64,000 bases of DNA. Source: Candidatus Latescibacterota bacterium. GTDB taxonomy: Bacteria > Krumholzibacteriota > Krumholzibacteriia > WVZY01. Under the pieces are notes generated by a model. The model saw nothing but the letters and a program-made list of their open reading frames with translations. It was not told the origin of the DNA and searched no databases. The translations under genes and the position numbers were made by a program. Below are positions 54,872-64,000 of this stretch, piece by piece. Numbering within the stretch: position 1 is the stretch's first letter; every line of letters starts with the position of its first letter. The DNA is taken from contig CAWBQK010000006.1 of assembly GCA_963791045.1 (NCBI GenBank), forward strand, positions 192,001-256,000. The letters run 5' to 3'.

Positions 54872-54900
54872 TTGACTTAAAATACCCACAATGGTACAGT
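54872..54900 (+). promoter_or_regulatory. Putative sigma70 promoter
   Basis: TTGACT-N17-TACAGT with an extended -10 TG, upstream of the gene at 54970. Confidence 0.6.
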
Positions 54901-54969
54901 AAATCGCAAGGAGGTTGTGCGAGCACGAAAGCAAGATAGTTTCCATTAACTTTCTTGAAGGGGGGAGTT

Positions 54970-55584
54970 ATGGTTTCAGTGTTTAAGGTGTGTGCGGCGA
55001 CGTGTGTGCTGGTGTTGGTCGCCGTTGTGCTTTTTTTGAACAGTCCCGAGGCTTCCTTTACCGTTTCTGAGCTGCTTTACGACGAGTGCGTCGATGGTTG
55101 GTGTCTTAAGACAGGCCCGTATCCTTACGGGCGTTTTTGTCGTGATTATTCTACCGCTGGCTATTCGAACAATTACGACCCACGTTCGACGCTGACCGAC
55201 GAGAGTTGCACGGGAGGACAGGCCGAAGGTCCCGATATGGTTTTTGAACTCGTGCTCTCAGATGGCGATGAAATCGACTTTGAGTGCAGGGCGTATTCCT
55301 GGGACGTCGTCCTGTATATGATCGGTGGTCTTGGTGTTCTCGATTGTAATATGGTGACCGAGTGTGTCGCGGGGAGTAACGTGGGAGGTGCAGGATACAG
55401 AGAGCGTATATCGTACGTTCACTCGGGGCCTACCACCCACTTCTTTCTAATTGTCGATGGTTTTGAGAGTTCGGACTTTGGCAGTTTCTCATGTAGTTGG
55501 ACGCACGATGGCCCCGACTATTGTAATCCGACGATCCCTGTTGAGCAAACCTCATGGGGGAAAGTAAAAGAGATGTACCGATAA
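54970..55584 (+). CDS. Secreted Cys-rich PPC-like beta-sandwich protein with a C-terminal 'TSWGKVKEMYR' motif
   Basis: Signal peptide; SCTGGQAEGPDMVFEL, WDVVLY, CVAGSN, FFLIVDGF; ends IPVEQTSWGKVKEMYR. Confidence 0.75.
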   Translation: MVSVFKVCAATCVLVLVAVVLFLNSPEASFTVSELLYDECVDGWCLKTGPYPYGRFCRDYSTAGYSNNYDPRSTLTDESCTGGQAEGPDMVFELVLSDGDEIDFECRAYSWDVVLYMIGGLGVLDCNMVTECVAGSNVGGAGYRERISYVHSGPTTHFFLIVDGFESSDFGSFSCSWTHDGPDYCNPTIPVEQTSWGKVKEMYR

Positions 55585-55692
55585 AACGATTGTGTGCTTT
55601 GCGCAACTCAAGGACAAACCGCTTCAACTCGAAGCGGTTTGTCTTATTACACAGGGTTGCGTTGAACTACTTGAAAGGACTTCTGGGGCTCT

Positions 55693-56478
55693 TCAGCTTT
55701 CAGGTTCGGTAATCTGGAATTCCATGTAAAATCGCTCGACCACCTTACGAAGGGGATCGTCGAGCAGCACAAGTCCGCGCTTAGCGATTTCCTTGGGTAC
55801 GCCCCCATAAAAAGCCTCAGCAATTCCACCCGTGATGCACGCCAGTGTGTCCGCATCGCCGCCAAGTGAGATGGAAAGCCGAATCGCGTCTTCATAATCT
55901 GTCGAATCCAAGAAGGCAACAATCGCCTCGGGGACGGTTTCCTGGCATGACTCGTTGAATTGGTACGTCGGCCGAATTTCTTCTACAGTCCGATTGAGGT
56001 TGTACCCGAAGCGTTTCTCGATAGTCTCGCGGATTTTCTCTTTGGGTTGCCCATCACGGGCGAGGAAGATTGCGGCCGCGGTGGCCTGGGCGCCCTTGAT
56101 GCCTTCGGGATGGTTGTGTGTTACCTCAGCGCTACGCTTTGCCTCGGCAAGCGTCGTTTCAAGATCATCAAACGCAAATCCGACGGGACTAACCCTCATC
56201 GCCGACCCGTTTCCCCAACTGTTGTACGGTTCGCGGTTGCCGGCCTCAACCCAGCACGTGAATCCGCCACCATACCCCCGCCCGGGGTAAGCCAGAGTGT
56301 ACTCATTTAGCTTGTCAACATACGACGTGCCGGTTAGCAAACAATCCGCCACGGCAACCGTTAAGACAGTGTCATCGGTGAAGGTAGTGCGCTCAACGAA
56401 CAAATCGAAATCAGTGTGTTTGATCGCCGTGAACTCGTGAACCGAACCAATGATGTCACCGATGATTGCACCGATCAT
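55693..56478 (-). CDS. ADP-ribosylglycohydrolase family protein (DraG/ARH-like)
   Basis: MIGAIIGDIIGS, FTDDT, NSWGNGSAMRVSP, THNHPEGIKGA, GGDADTLACITG. Confidence 0.92.
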   Translation of the reverse strand: MIGAIIGDIIGSVHEFTAIKHTDFDLFVERTTFTDDTVLTVAVADCLLTGTSYVDKLNEYTLAYPGRGYGGGFTCWVEAGNREPYNSWGNGSAMRVSPVGFAFDDLETTLAEAKRSAEVTHNHPEGIKGAQATAAAIFLARDGQPKEKIRETIEKRFGYNLNRTVEEIRPTYQFNESCQETVPEAIVAFLDSTDYEDAIRLSISLGGDADTLACITGGIAEAFYGGVPKEIAKRGLVLLDDPLRKVVERFYMEFQITEPES

Positions 56479-56660
56479 GATTACAGATTCCTTTCGTAGT
56501 CTCGGGCCGATACCAGTCCTTGCGTGTATTCCTTTTGGTTTGTGGTAGGGTGTTATTGCCAAAGAACCCTATCCATGATAATGTCAATCTAACAATTCCG
56601 CAGAACCGGTGCAGAGCAAATAAAGACAATTCAAAACGGACAAATCATTCCAGGTGCGTG

Positions 56661-58598
56661 ATGCATTTGAGAAGTGTTATATCCCCATGGTTAGGTGTGG
56701 TAATCGCCCTTTCCCTGATCGTTGGGGCGGGTTGTTCGAGTTCCAACCGGGAATTCGAAGCCGCGCCCGTACAACAAAACGTCGACATCCCCCCAGAATT
56801 TCTCACTGAGCCCGCCGTCATCCTCCTTGAAGAAGATCGAATCGAAGTCAACGGAGACGAGGCGTTCCACACATATATTCTCCACAAGAAAATTCTCAAA
56901 TCAAGCCATTCCGAAGAGAGCACCTTCAAATTCAGCACGGACAAAAATCGTGAGATTGTCTCGATCAAAGCCCGGGCTGTTTATCCCGACGGTCGTGACC
57001 GAGTTCTGACGGACAAAGATATCGTGGATATTCCGGATTTTTCAGGGTTCGTTTTGTACAGCGACAAACGATCGCGCGCCTTCGACTTCCCGGGCATCCG
57101 TGCGGGTACGGTGATTGCCGTTGAGGTTCGATCCAGAATCAAAAACCTGGCTTACTGGCCCCCCGGCCTATTTCAAAGCCACGTTCCGATGGTTGTACGC
57201 AGATACGTCCTGGTTCATCCGCCTGATGCCGAGTACACGGTCCGATCGCTAAACATGTCTAAAGAGCCCGCCCGGCGATCCGTCCACGATGACGGGTCTC
57301 ATGAAATCATCTGGGAAGCAAAAAATATAGCCGCATTCGAAACAGAAGAGATGATGCCACCGCCGATTGAGTTCATGCCGTCGTTGTGGTTCTCCACGCA
57401 CGAGGAAGTCGAGCTCGGTGTCGATCTCAGACTTGACTCCTGGAACGACATCGTGGAGTGGTACAGGAAACTAACCGATGAGCGTCTCGCCCCGAGCCGT
57501 GAGGTCGAGGAGCTTGTCGAGGTTCTTTGTCCGGGCAGTCTTTCTGAAGGAGCGAAGGCCCGCCGCATCTTCAACTGGGTCCAGGAGAATCTCCGGTATG
57601 TGGCCATTTACCTGGGACTCGGTGGTTACCTCCCCCATGGAGCGGATGACATCATAAGAAATCGCTATGGGGACTGTAAGATCAGTCCGTCGTGCTGGTG
57701 TCGGCTCTCAGAGAAGCTGGGGTTGAGGCTCACCTCGTGCTCGTTAGAACGTCGGATATCGGCCATTTTGAAAACATGCCTCCTTCTGCAGGGTACTTCA
57801 ACCACGCCATAGTCACCGCGGTCATCGAAAACGAGACGGTTTTTCTCGATCCCACGGGCGGCGCATGCAGCTTTGGTGTTCTTCCCGCCGTTGATCAGGG
57901 GGCTGATGCATTGGTGATTCGACAGGGAGAAAATGATCTCATTCGGCTTCCAATTGGCGAGCCTCAAGCAAACGGTTGGAGAGTAAAGGCGAATGTTGTT
58001 GTGGCGGAGGCTTCGCCGCAATAGTTGAAAGCAAGATCGAGTTTGAAGGATTTTACTCCGCGCTCATGCGAAGAGAATTTTCGCATCGGCGGGGTGACTC
58101 CAAGCTCGAGGTTGCGCAGAAATGGTTCGGAGGAGGATCGCGCGACCTCGTTGTTGAAACTCTCAAGATCGACGGCGAAAAAACCACGAGCGATAAACTG
58201 ACGGTGTACTTAACCTGCCGGCTTCCGAAAATGTTGAGTCCTGATAAGAATGTTGAGTTCGTTCAAGCAATCTTTTATCCGGTTCCTCTTGATTTTCCGA
58301 ATGCCGACGAACGGAAATACCCTGTGGTGCTTGGTAAGCCAAGCTATTTTGATTTCAAGTTGTCGTTAACGCTTCCTGAAGATTGGCGCGTTCCCATTGA
58401 CCTGCCCGGGTAAGCATCGAGAATCAAAATTTTGAATATGATTGTTCATATCAGGGAGGCGGCCAAGAGGTTGTCGTGTCGAGGGCCTGGAAAATCTCCG
58501 AGCCATTGATCAACGCGGCTGACTATCCCTCTGTAAGACCCCAGATTGAGATAGTTGCAGACGCTGAAAATACAAAAATCCTGGTGACCCGAGAATGA
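56661..58598 (+). CDS. DUF3857 + transglutaminase-like lipoprotein (frameshifted)
   Basis: Lipobox GAGC; PAVILLEE, IFNWVQENLRYVAI, Cys-His-Asp triad YGDCK / FNHAI / FLDPT; frame changes near 57680, 58015 and 58410. Confidence 0.8.
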
Positions 58599-58629
58599 TA
58601 ATTGATTTGTAGGTAACGGCTTGGAATGA

Positions 58630-60699
58630 ATGACTGTAAGGGGGTTTGAAGTGCAGCATTTTTACAGATTGTGGCGGTACTTCGCCGTGGTGATTGTGGC
58701 TGTGATGTTGGGAGCTTGTGCAAATCCGGAGTACGTCGTGAAGGAAAGCAACAACTCCGATCTTCATCCGGAAAATGTTGTTAATGTTGGCCCAGAGGAT
58801 TTTCCGAATCACGGGGCCGTTATTCTCGTGCGCCAAAGGATTCATAAATGGTCGTTCTGGAATCCAAGCGAGATAAAGGAAATCTCACGCGTCAAAATTC
58901 TAAACGAAGAAGGAATTGAGGACTTTGGAAACTTTGTGTCCGAGCCAATCTATAAAAAGGCGAAATATAAACTTCAGGCCTCAGTTACGTCGCCAACAGG
59001 AGACGAGAAGAATATTGGAGGAGATAACAAAAAGAAGGTTTTAATCGGAGATAATTTCTTTGAGTATCGAATCGCATTCCCCGGGCTTGAAGTTGGCTCG
59101 ATCATTGAAATTGAAGAAGAGTCCTCGGGCCGGCCAATTAAGTCGGGTTACTGGAATTTTGCCTCTCACGTACCAACGCTCCGTTCTCAACTCGCGTTCG
59201 TTGTTCCCCGAGGGGTAAAGGTCGATTTCAATTTCACGCCACAAGAGAGTGGAAGGGTTCCGAAGCCTCTGTCTACGGACAAGTTTGATTCCTATATAAT
59301 CACGAAGGAAGTCGTGCCGCCCTACGACGACGAAATCTACATGCCGATGAATCACGTTGGAAACCCGTCTCTGTACTACTATGTGTGGAAATACGATCAG
59401 GCTGATGTTGGCAAATATTTGTTGGGTGACGACTATGACGTTCGGGCGGCCAATTATATGGCGCGATACGTGGAGGAGCACGATATTGACTGGTCGTTTT
59501 TTTCAGAGTGGAATGATGTTGGAAATCTGTTTGCAAAGTACTTCGATCCGTACCGTTGGCGGAACGCTGATGACGCGGACAAATACCGGTCACGAGCAGA
59601 CGAAATCGTTCTCGAAATGGACGTCGAAAGCCGCGAAGATCCAGGGCAGGCGCTGGACACTATTCTGGTAATGTTTCACAAACGGTTCAGCCCCCTGAAA
59701 ATCGGATCATATGCAGCGTTTTATGGCAACCCGGAGGAGTCGTTTGACACCGGTGAAGGTGGCCCGTTTGAGCTTGCGTATGCGTTGAGATATCTTCTGG
59801 ATAAACTGGATGTTATTTCAACAGTTGTGGTGGTCAGAGATGTGGATCGTGGCTTCCTGGACAAGAGAAACCCGGATGAGAGTGCCCTCCATCATCCATT
59901 GTTGCTGGTTCAGACGGGAGAAGCAGAATACTGGATCGATCCGTTTTCGCCGGGCAGCGGGGCAAACCAACTTCCGTGGAAATGTCAGGGGGTAAAGGGG
60001 TTGTGGCTGAAGACCGACAAGGATTTTTCGTTTGTGACAACACCTCTGGACAATGAATACAAGAATTGTTTTACGGACCGAGAAGAAGTGACCATTGCCG
60101 AAAACGGTGATGTCGCCGGTCGGGCAACGTACACGTTGACCGGGCAGTTTCTCTTAGGTCTTCGGCAGGAAACAGGGATTGGCGATATGGATCCGACGGA
60201 TGAGCGCCTGATTGCCTTCGTCGAACGGAACGTGTCGGACGCATTTGACACCGATGGAATAGAGATTGATATAGATAGTAGAGACACGCTCCAGGTGTCC
60301 TTTGACTATATGGCCGCGGGATTTGCCGATCGATCGGGGGAGTATCTTAATATCGATTTTTCGCCGTGGTGCCGCTGTCCCGTCCAGAAAGTGTTCGAGA
60401 ACGATGAGCGGAAATTCGATGTTGTGTTTCCATATCCGGCGACCAGAAATACGACGGTGAAGATCAAAATTCCCGAGGATTTCGAGATTGCAGAAGCGGC
60501 CGAGAATACCGATCAGACAAACAAAAGTTTCGCCTACCGTAAAATGTGTTACAGGCAGGGGAACGGCGTGGTGCTGTCGCGCTACTTCGCGATTACGTCC
60601 CCGACCGTTGACGCAGCTGATTATTTGGAAGCTAAAGAGTTTGTTGCAATGACACGCAAGTACGATGCGGAGGCTGTTGTGCTGAGGCGGTCACAGTAA
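58630..60699 (+). CDS. DUF3857 + transglutaminase-like lipoprotein, apparently lacking the catalytic Cys
   Basis: Lipobox LGAC; RVKILNEEG, FPGLEVGSIIE; GEGGPFE in place of GDC, LHHPL, WIDPF. Confidence 0.8.
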   Translation: MTVRGFEVQHFYRLWRYFAVVIVAVMLGACANPEYVVKESNNSDLHPENVVNVGPEDFPNHGAVILVRQRIHKWSFWNPSEIKEISRVKILNEEGIEDFGNFVSEPIYKKAKYKLQASVTSPTGDEKNIGGDNKKKVLIGDNFFEYRIAFPGLEVGSIIEIEEESSGRPIKSGYWNFASHVPTLRSQLAFVVPRGVKVDFNFTPQESGRVPKPLSTDKFDSYIITKEVVPPYDDEIYMPMNHVGNPSLYYYVWKYDQADVGKYLLGDDYDVRAANYMARYVEEHDIDWSFFSEWNDVGNLFAKYFDPYRWRNADDADKYRSRADEIVLEMDVESREDPGQALDTILVMFHKRFSPLKIGSYAAFYGNPEESFDTGEGGPFELAYALRYLLDKLDVISTVVVVRDVDRGFLDKRNPDESALHHPLLLVQTGEAEYWIDPFSPGSGANQLPWKCQGVKGLWLKTDKDFSFVTTPLDNEYKNCFTDREEVTIAENGDVAGRATYTLTGQFLLGLRQETGIGDMDPTDERLIAFVERNVSDAFDTDGIEIDIDSRDTLQVSFDYMAAGFADRSGEYLNIDFSPWCRCPVQKVFENDERKFDVVFPYPATRNTTVKIKIPEDFEIAEAAENTDQTNKSFAYRKMCYRQGNGVVLSRYFAITSPTVDAADYLEAKEFVAMTRKYDAEAVVLRRSQ

Positions 60700-60717
60700 C
60701 CGAATGTCAGTATTGAC

Positions 60718-60753
60718 AAAACCCGGGGAGCCGTGCTCTCCGGGTTTTGCTTT
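60718..60753. terminator. Bidirectional rho-independent terminator
   Basis: AAAACCCGGGGAG-ccgtg-CTCTCCGGGTTTT between convergent genes. Confidence 0.75.
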
Positions 60754-60775
60754 ATCCGGGTGAAATATACTTGGC

Positions 60776-61996
60776 CTATATTATGAAACCCAGCGACAAA
60801 CGAAATTCGCGAGATTTGTAGTTGATGGATTCTGGATGTGCGTCGTCCTTTAAACCAATCAGACCGATAAAATACTGTGCCGAGATCATTATGCGATGAG
60901 TCCCAATGGGGTGCTCATATCCGCCACCAACTATTATGGATACATTCATCGGGCTGAGCATGTCCGATACGTCGATATCCTCGCCAGTCGGGCCTTCAAG
61001 CCTGGCGCTAAGCATGTACGCCGGTTCGATGCCGCCGCTGAGGAATAACCTTGGATGTTCCATCGGGAAAAACTTGAATATGAGGGGGAGCGCGATGAAT
61101 TGATGTATCAAGTCATACTCACCGGTCGGTAAATCGCCTTCCATTACATAGGTGGCGCGATTGCCAATCTGGACATATCGTAGCTCGGGTTGAAAGGATA
61201 CCTGATAGCTGACCGGCATGTCGAGAATTAGTCCGGGTGAGAGCGATCGAAGATTCTCCCATTCACTCGCCTGCCCCATCCCAAGGTATCTATCCGCGAC
61301 GGCTGACGAAGTTTTGTCGCCCTGATAGCTCAGTGATGTGCTGCTCAATCCAACCTGGAACCCGAACCGGACTCGCTTCCATCGTGATTCGACGGCGTAG
61401 GGCTTCAATTGTACTACGAGGCTTATGGTACTGTCGGTGGGGACGTTGATCGTGCGAACATCCTCGACGTAATCCCATTTACGAATTTTGAGCGTGTAGT
61501 CTCCAGTGGAAACGTATTGTTTGAGGGGTGATTTGCCGATTTCATCGCCGTTGAGGAATACGTCGCAGCCGGTCGGCGTGGTTCGTATATCGATAGTTCC
61601 GTACATCTCTTTTCTGAATTGCTCGTAAATGTTTTTGAGAGCTTTCGGATGATGAGATGGGTCGATCTCGATGTCGGGAAACTCCGTAATGGCGGTTTTT
61701 GCGACCTCGGTCGCCTTGGATTCGTCGCCCTGCTCATGATAGGCGGTTGCAAGTTCGTTGTAGGCCGATTTCCTGACGTCATCGGTGGCGGAAGCATCGG
61801 CCAGGATGTCGTTGAGTTGTGTGATTGCCTCGTCATATCGACCAAGTTTGCGGAGAATCCGGATGTCAGATACGCTGTGGGTTGCCGCTGCCGCCTCGAG
61901 ACAAATGGTTGCCATCAAAAACGTCGTCATCAGAAACAGGCCGAAGGCTCGACACCAATCGATATGTGTTTTGTGATGTGCGGTGCGTCCTCTCAC
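60776..61996 (-). CDS. TPR + PEGA + outer-membrane beta-barrel protein
   Basis: TPR (LRKLGRYDEAI), PEGA (IRTTPTGCDVFLNGDEIGKSPL...GDYTLKIRKWDY), barrel strands RFGFQVGLS, FQPELRYVQ, terminal FRLSLGFII. Confidence 0.78.
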   Translation of the reverse strand: MRGRTAHHKTHIDWCRAFGLFLMTTFLMATICLEAAAATHSVSDIRILRKLGRYDEAITQLNDILADASATDDVRKSAYNELATAYHEQGDESKATEVAKTAITEFPDIEIDPSHHPKALKNIYEQFRKEMYGTIDIRTTPTGCDVFLNGDEIGKSPLKQYVSTGDYTLKIRKWDYVEDVRTINVPTDSTISLVVQLKPYAVESRWKRVRFGFQVGLSSTSLSYQGDKTSSAVADRYLGMGQASEWENLRSLSPGLILDMPVSYQVSFQPELRYVQIGNRATYVMEGDLPTGEYDLIHQFIALPLIFKFFPMEHPRLFLSGGIEPAYMLSARLEGPTGEDIDVSDMLSPMNVSIIVGGGYEHPIGTHRIMISAQYFIGLIGLKDDAHPESINYKSREFRLSLGFII

Positions 61997-62317
61997 TATT
62001 GTCCCTCCCTTTGAAACGACTCGTACGAAACCAGAGTGCGCCGTCGGTATAACGGCATTGGTTAGTACAATAGACGACGCCCCCTGCTCGTTTTCGGAGG
62101 GGAATCCAGCCTTTTCGCATCTGATGTGTCGTTTAATCGTACGCTGCGCCGTGCAAACTGTAGTTACCTCAATTAGTTATACCACAGGCAGTCGGCGTCG
62201 TGCAACCGATAAGCCCCTCCATGTGTCGTTGATCCATCGGAATTTTTTCCACCGAAGAATATAGTCCTCAAGCGTCTTGTCTAAATGAAGAGGCGTGTGA
62301 AACCGGAGTTCGAACGC

Positions 62318-62349
62318 AAAACGGCCGGGCGTTGGAGCCCGGCCGTTTT
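62318..62349. terminator. Rho-independent terminator downstream of the cytochrome gene
   Basis: AAAACGGCCGGGC-gttgga-GCCCGGCCGTTTT. Confidence 0.75.
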
Positions 62350-62399
62350 AAAGATGTGAGTCGATGTCTCGAGGTGAGTTGCGCCGCCTGCTCGGCGGC

Positions 62400-63572
62400 T
62401 TACCCCTGAATCAACTTCTGAAGCTCATCGAGATCAACAATTGGCGCGTCGGCGCCGGCGGTCGACTGGGTCGCTTTGACATATTCCTTCAGTGCCCGGT
62501 AGGCCTTCGCGGCCGATTCGGTTTTTGGCGCCTGGCGAATCGACTGCTCCAGGAGAAACGCCGTCTCGGATATCCAGAATGATTTCGCTATCTGCGACTC
62601 TGCGACGGCGAGAAGGTAGTACGCTTCAGCGATGGTGTCGTCGTAGGTTGACATCGCCTGGAGATACTGATGAAGCAGGGAAGCAGCTGCGACAAACTCG
62701 ACGAGACGATCCGGATACGTGTTCGGCGCACGGCGGACCACGACTTCGGCGTCTCCGACAAGCGTCCGCGCAGTGTCGAGTTCATTCCCCTTCGCCGCGA
62801 CTAAATCGAGCGAACCGAGCGATTGAATCCAAAGAGCAACCTGCTTGCGGAGGGCATCGGGCATGTCGGATCGTTTCAAGAATGTCTGCAAGGTTGCCAG
62901 AGCCCGGTCGGTGTTGTCGACAACGCCGATGCAGAGCTTGAGATATCCCTCGAAAGCGCCGATGAGGGACAAACCCTGGTCGGTCATTTTGGGGAGCTTG
63001 AAGATTTCTTCGTATGTCGCGAGCGCCCTGTCGAACTGGCGGGTGGCTATCTCGACATTGACGCGGTCGACCGGCGGAATGGCGGCGACATTGGCATCGT
63101 CAAGAAATTTCGCCCCGTTGTCGAACGCCTGATCGGACGGAATGCGGCCATGGCACGTCGCACAGTTTTCCATGAGCTTGCTCAACATGAACTGCGAACC
63201 CAAAAATTGTCTGTCCTGGTAACGCTGGAGCGCCTGCTCGGCATCCGCCGCAAGGGTGTGCCTGAGGTAATCAAATGACGGATCCAGTCCGCCGCCGTGA
63301 TTCTCGAGTGCGTCGGTATTCAACACGAGCGCCTGCAGAGCCGCGGTTATGGTCTCGCGGTTGTGGCGGTCTTCAAAATATTCCATGTCGAGGCTGTAGG
63401 TGTACGCGGACGTGAGCGCGCCGAAGATCCCGCGCATGGTGGCCTGTGTTATTTGAGAATCGTCCTTCGTGTCCTGCGAAACGGCATGCTGAGTGTTGGC
63501 CCACAGGACGCCGGCAAAGGCAAATACAGCCACAAGAATTGACAACCGACGGAGGTGCGGAGAGTTAAACAT
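62400..63572 (-). CDS. Exported monoheme c-type cytochrome (cytochrome c'-like helical bundle) with a TPR-like C-terminus
   Basis: Signal peptide; single CxxCH (NCATCHG) at the end of a helical N-terminal domain; AEAYYLLAVAE. Confidence 0.7.
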   Translation of the reverse strand: MFNSPHLRRLSILVAVFAFAGVLWANTQHAVSQDTKDDSQITQATMRGIFGALTSAYTYSLDMEYFEDRHNRETITAALQALVLNTDALENHGGGLDPSFDYLRHTLAADAEQALQRYQDRQFLGSQFMLSKLMENCATCHGRIPSDQAFDNGAKFLDDANVAAIPPVDRVNVEIATRQFDRALATYEEIFKLPKMTDQGLSLIGAFEGYLKLCIGVVDNTDRALATLQTFLKRSDMPDALRKQVALWIQSLGSLDLVAAKGNELDTARTLVGDAEVVVRRAPNTYPDRLVEFVAAASLLHQYLQAMSTYDDTIAEAYYLLAVAESQIAKSFWISETAFLLEQSIRQAPKTESAAKAYRALKEYVKATQSTAGADAPIVDLDELQKLIQG

Positions 63573-63829
63573 TCTCTGTCCCCTTTTTAATTTTTCTATT
63601 TTCAGCTACACCAATTGGACCCGAGGATGTGGGTCCGGCATCAATGGCCTAACTATAATACATCACAAGGGATTCGTCACGTGGTGTTCGCGAGTAAGGG
63701 TAAGAAATTGACTTTTATCAAGTTGTGACACCGGCGATGTCCCTCTATAATAGAAGAACAGGGTGATGGAAGGTGCAGCGACCTTTTTCCCCAACCACCG
63801 TTTCTTTCCTCCAGCCCACGGAGGCCCAG

Positions 63830-64000
63830 ATGTCCTCGCGATCGCTCTGGCCCCGGATGATCCTGGCCGTCATTCTGCTGGTTGGTTTCTATGCCATCGC
63901 GCTTGGAATCGCGGGCGCGCTTCTGTTCGGGATTTACGCCCAGTTGCTTTACTGGGAAGGAATATCGCTTCGTTTGACCTTCGTTTTGCTCGTCGGCGCC
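63830..64000 (+). CDS. 5' end of a membrane protein, possibly an M48 (HtpX-like) Zn protease; truncated by the window edge
   Basis: GGAGG RBS; MSSRSLWPRMILAVILLVGFYAIALGIAGALLFGIYAQ resembles M48-family N-termini. The HExxH motif is not in the window. Confidence 0.5.
   Translation, partial: MSSRSLWPRMILAVILLVGFYAIALGIAGALLFGIYAQLLYWEGISLRLTFVLLVGA

Noticed and set aside
55693-56478. ADP-ribosylglycohydrolase as part of the helicase/Ocr-like module or a toxin-antitoxin pair
   Set aside because: It is on the opposite strand, 3 kb away, and has no adjacent ADP-ribosyltransferase.

Overview
A 64-kb bacterial chromosomal window of about 60% GC. It has many single-base indel frameshifts that look like long-read assembly errors. 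The C-terminal FlgD-Ig/T9SS-like tails ('FALYQNxPNPFNPST...') and 'TWGKIKxLY' tails suggest an FCB-group organism such as Krumholzibacteriota or Latescibacterota; this is an inference, not a database result. Contents in order: the end of a larB-larC nickel-pincer operon with a LysM-TPR lipoprotein and a fused ECF-type ABC ATPase; an AT-rich esterase gene; several peptidases (S9 with an FGE domain, C69, S46, a serine hydrolase, and the start of an M48) plus transporters; a GT4 gene converging on a large glycosyltransferase-GH130 fusion; an ACP-FAAL-acyltransferase fusion; arfB; a 10.7-kb array of four paralogous secreted proteins, each built from three copies of an unfamiliar ~220-aa Cys-containing module and interleaved with two paralogous small genes; a Upf1/DNA2-like SF1 helicase followed by a 116-aa acidic protein that aligns by eye with the phage T7 DNA-mimic Ocr (gp0.3); an O-antigen-ligase-like gene; an ADP-ribosylglycohydrolase; a DUF3857/transglutaminase pair; a TPR-PEGA-beta-barrel protein; and a monoheme cytochrome. 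I saw no rRNA, tRNA, CRISPR array, transposase, integrase or reverse transcriptase. The best candidates for undescribed biology are the helicase plus Ocr-like pair and the paralog array.
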